From Candidatus Wolfebacteria bacterium RIFOXYD12_FULL_48_21 (GTDB taxonomy: Bacteria > Patescibacteriota > Minisyncoccia > UBA6257 > UBA9933): 64,000 nucleotides of DNA. How positions within the stretch are numbered: the first letter of the stretch is position 1; every line of letters starts with the position of its first letter. Both the position numbers and the translations under genes were made by a program. The notes beneath the pieces are model-generated. The model worked only from the letters and a program-made list of their open reading frames with translations. It was not told the origin of the DNA and did not search any database. Shown here piece after piece: positions 60,833-64,000 of the stretch. The stretch covers positions 129,630 through 193,629 of the forward strand of contig MGIW01000003.1 in assembly GCA_001793945.1 (NCBI GenBank). The letters run 5' to 3'.

Positions 60833-61483
60833 ATGCAAACAATGTCACCGAGGGAGTTTTGCGTATTTTTGGGAGTGGTGGCGGCACTTATCGCAGGGTT
60901 TTGTTTTATGGGGGTGTATATACCCATCCCAAAATCACCTTTTGAGGCTGCGTTTTTCTTTGCCATTGTTGGGTCGCTTCTGTGGCTTTTTGCACGGGAG
61001 GTCGTGTGCGTTCCGCTGAAACGGTCATTTCTGGTGGACAAGGACGGCAAGGTGCTCGGCTACCACGATGTAAACAGATTTATGAGAACGCGCGTTTTGA
61101 AAGAGGTGGGTGCTAAGGTAGTGCCGCATGTGTTCTCGCGGGTCAAGGCGGCGCGCGCGATAGAGATCCCGATCGGTGCTCGGCTCCTAAAAGTAAGTCT
61201 GAGTGTGGAGGCCCTTGTGGATAGGGGGCGGCTGCAAGACTACTTTAATGCCTTTTTGATCGACTCATGGTCTGATCAGCCAGCTTTTCGGCTCGACAGA
61301 ATACTCAGGGGGTTTTTGTCGGAGCATGAAGGATGGATGCGCGGCACGGCCAGTTTGTGTTCGAAAGAGGAGGTCATTGAGGGGAAGCTTTTCGATTGGT
61401 TAAAAGAAAAACTTCCGCCCGTTGGGCTTGTGTGCGTATCGGCGGAGTGTTCCGTCGAAGAAGCACCGTATGTCATTTCCTGA
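60833..61483 (+). CDS. Hypothetical 2-TM protein, paralog 1 of tandem trio
   Basis: GGAGG SD, own promoter and terminator; similar to next two ORFs. Confidence 0.75.
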   Translation: MQTMSPREFCVFLGVVAALIAGFCFMGVYIPIPKSPFEAAFFFAIVGSLLWLFAREVVCVPLKRSFLVDKDGKVLGYHDVNRFMRTRVLKEVGAKVVPHVFSRVKAARAIEIPIGARLLKVSLSVEALVDRGRLQDYFNAFLIDSWSDQPAFRLDRILRGFLSEHEGWMRGTASLCSKEEVIEGKLFDWLKEKLPPVGLVCVSAECSVEEAPYVIS

Positions 61484-61627
61484 TTCACTATAGTGTGTGA
61501 GCCAAAGCCCGGGTATATCCCGGGCTTTTTTACGGCATAGTGTTTTGACATTTTACGCAGTACGCATTATAACATAATCAGACCGAAGTCTTTTATAAAC
61601 AAATAGTGAAAAGAAAGGGGGGGATAC

Positions 61628-62272
61628 ATGAAGATGTATACCGGTAAACAGCGTGCGACTCGATTTTTGGCAGTGGTTATATTCGCCTTCGTTTATAGCG
61701 GGGCCGGCTATTTTTATGTGTTGTACTGCAAAGATTCTCCTATGCCATTTATGATGTTGGCGGTCATCCTTTTTGTTCCGCTGTGGAAATGGGCGACCGG
61801 GTTCACGGCGCTCAAGGATGCGTTTCTGGTGAATAAAAATAACAGGGTGCTTTCCTATCACGAGGACAATCTTTTTATTCGCACGAGTATGTTGAAAAAG
61901 ACCGGCATGCGTGTCGTGCGCAGTGATCTGCAAGATGTCGTCATTGATGGAACCTTTAGGGTGTTGGTGGGTGGCGAAGGGAAATTCGTACAGATCGAAA
62001 CGGCCGTATGGGCCAGTGTCGATATGTTCCGACTGCAGCAGTACCTCGACACCTTTTTCCCGCGTAATTACCAATCGTATTCTCCGGAGGCTCGATTAAA
62101 GGAATTGGTTGAAAAGTTTTTTGAAGAGCAAAATCGACAGCCGTACGAAGAGGGCGATGCCGTTTCGGTTGCGAATGTCGTCGGCAAAAAACTTGCCGAG
62201 CATCTTAAGGAGCAGCTGCCGCTAATAGGTCTCCGCGCGCATCTGATTTCTGGCATGATAATGGAGGAATGA
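61628..62272 (+). CDS. Hypothetical 2-TM protein, paralog 2 of tandem trio
   Basis: LKDAFLVNKNNRVLSYH vs LKRSFLVDKDGKVLGYH; RLQQYLDTF vs RLQDYFNAF. Confidence 0.75.
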   Translation: MKMYTGKQRATRFLAVVIFAFVYSGAGYFYVLYCKDSPMPFMMLAVILFVPLWKWATGFTALKDAFLVNKNNRVLSYHEDNLFIRTSMLKKTGMRVVRSDLQDVVIDGTFRVLVGGEGKFVQIETAVWASVDMFRLQQYLDTFFPRNYQSYSPEARLKELVEKFFEEQNRQPYEEGDAVSVANVVGKKLAEHLKEQLPLIGLRAHLISGMIMEE

Positions 62273-62416
62273 GCAACGAAATCTATCGCGGTGCAAAACC
62301 CCGCTTCGGCGGGGTTTTTTACGACATAATTATTTTGACATTTCTGCCCGGGTGGGATATAAGAAAAGTAGAACTTAGTTAACGGTTTTATAACCTTTAT
62401 AGGGAGGAGCAGTGAC

Positions 62417-63067
62417 ATGCGGACATATACGAAGAAAAATGTCTCACGGCGCATCAAAGTATGGGTGATAATTTTTTCCATCGGATTGGTGATTGGCATG
62501 GAGCGGCTTTTTATCACGGCTAACAACCACATTGTTTTGGGGCAGACCTCTTTTCCCCCTTTTTTTAGGGTGATAGCTTTGGTCGTGGTGTTTTCTGCTT
62601 GGGCTTACTGCACCCTACGGTATGCCGGCAGTTTCAAAAGCCTCAAGCGGGTGTGCTTTCTATCCGAGAAGAACATTGTTGATTTTTATATGACCGACGA
62701 TTTGTATGCGCTTGATGCAGATCTGCGCAAGGTGAGCCATATGTTCATCAACCCCGAGAAGCACAGAATTGAACGCTCAATAATGTTTCCATCTCGGGGG
62801 GAAATTGTTCGGTGCGTTATTACGCTCGAGGTTTTGCCCGATGTCGCCAGTCTGCAGAAATATGTCGATGCGCATTATGGCGGTACGGAATCCGTCAATC
62901 GCACCGCTGTTCGAGACATCCTTACGAGGGCGCTTAAGGATGTTGCGCTCGACCCTGCAATATTGGTTTCTATCAAGAGAAGGATACGACTAGACCTCGC
63001 CAATTATGGGCTCGTGGCAACCCGGTGCGATTGCGTAAGCAGTAATCACCGCTGGTTCCTTGGGTAG
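62417..63067 (+). CDS. Hypothetical 2-TM protein, paralog 3 of tandem trio
   Basis: Same length and topology; SLQKYVDAH, DLANYGL. Confidence 0.7.
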   Translation: MRTYTKKNVSRRIKVWVIIFSIGLVIGMERLFITANNHIVLGQTSFPPFFRVIALVVVFSAWAYCTLRYAGSFKSLKRVCFLSEKNIVDFYMTDDLYALDADLRKVSHMFINPEKHRIERSIMFPSRGEIVRCVITLEVLPDVASLQKYVDAHYGGTESVNRTAVRDILTRALKDVALDPAILVSIKRRIRLDLANYGLVATRCDCVSSNHRWFLG

Positions 63068-63113
63068 AAAAATCGGTAAAGGATATACAAAGCCCCGCTT
63101 CGGCGGGGCTTTT

Positions 63114-64000
<887 letters not shown>

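Noticed and set aside
61560-61590. dif site (minus strand TTATGTTATAAT)
   Set aside because: No XerC arm at 6-nt spacing, overlaps a -10 element, and lies near the origin rather than the terminus

Overview
Chromosomal segment of a small-genome bacterium, most consistent with Patescibacteria/CPR (Parcubacteria-like; inference from gene content, CPR-type pilins, SD-less core genes). It spans the replication origin (dnaN-dnaA-oriC-rpmH-rnpA near 54-58 kb) and carries housekeeping genes (gyrA, dnaE, thrS, rpsL-rpsG-fusA-rplM-rpsI, rplS, rpsA, relA/spoT, ligA, tsaE, xerC/D-like, PBP1A, comEC pair), three intact tRNAs and a ~2100-aa RCC1/FN3 surface protein. Intergenic DNA is dominated by three repeat systems: GTCAT-tagged REP/dRS3-like palindromes (with a GIY-YIG gene embedded in them), long perfect palindromes tied to a RAYT transposase and to a PaaX/Cas2-like gene, and degenerate 7-nt tandem tracts; some of these have entered coding sequences in frame. 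The most unusual items are a tRNA-Leu nested inside the two halves of another tRNA-Leu, a stand-alone ~300-nt structured RNA with its own promoter and terminator, a LAGLIDADG gene whose promoter is built from a tRNA-Leu remnant, five parS sites packed into 285 bp, and a set of self-contained orphan gene cassettes sharing a leader motif. All calls are by eye from the sequence; no database searches were run.
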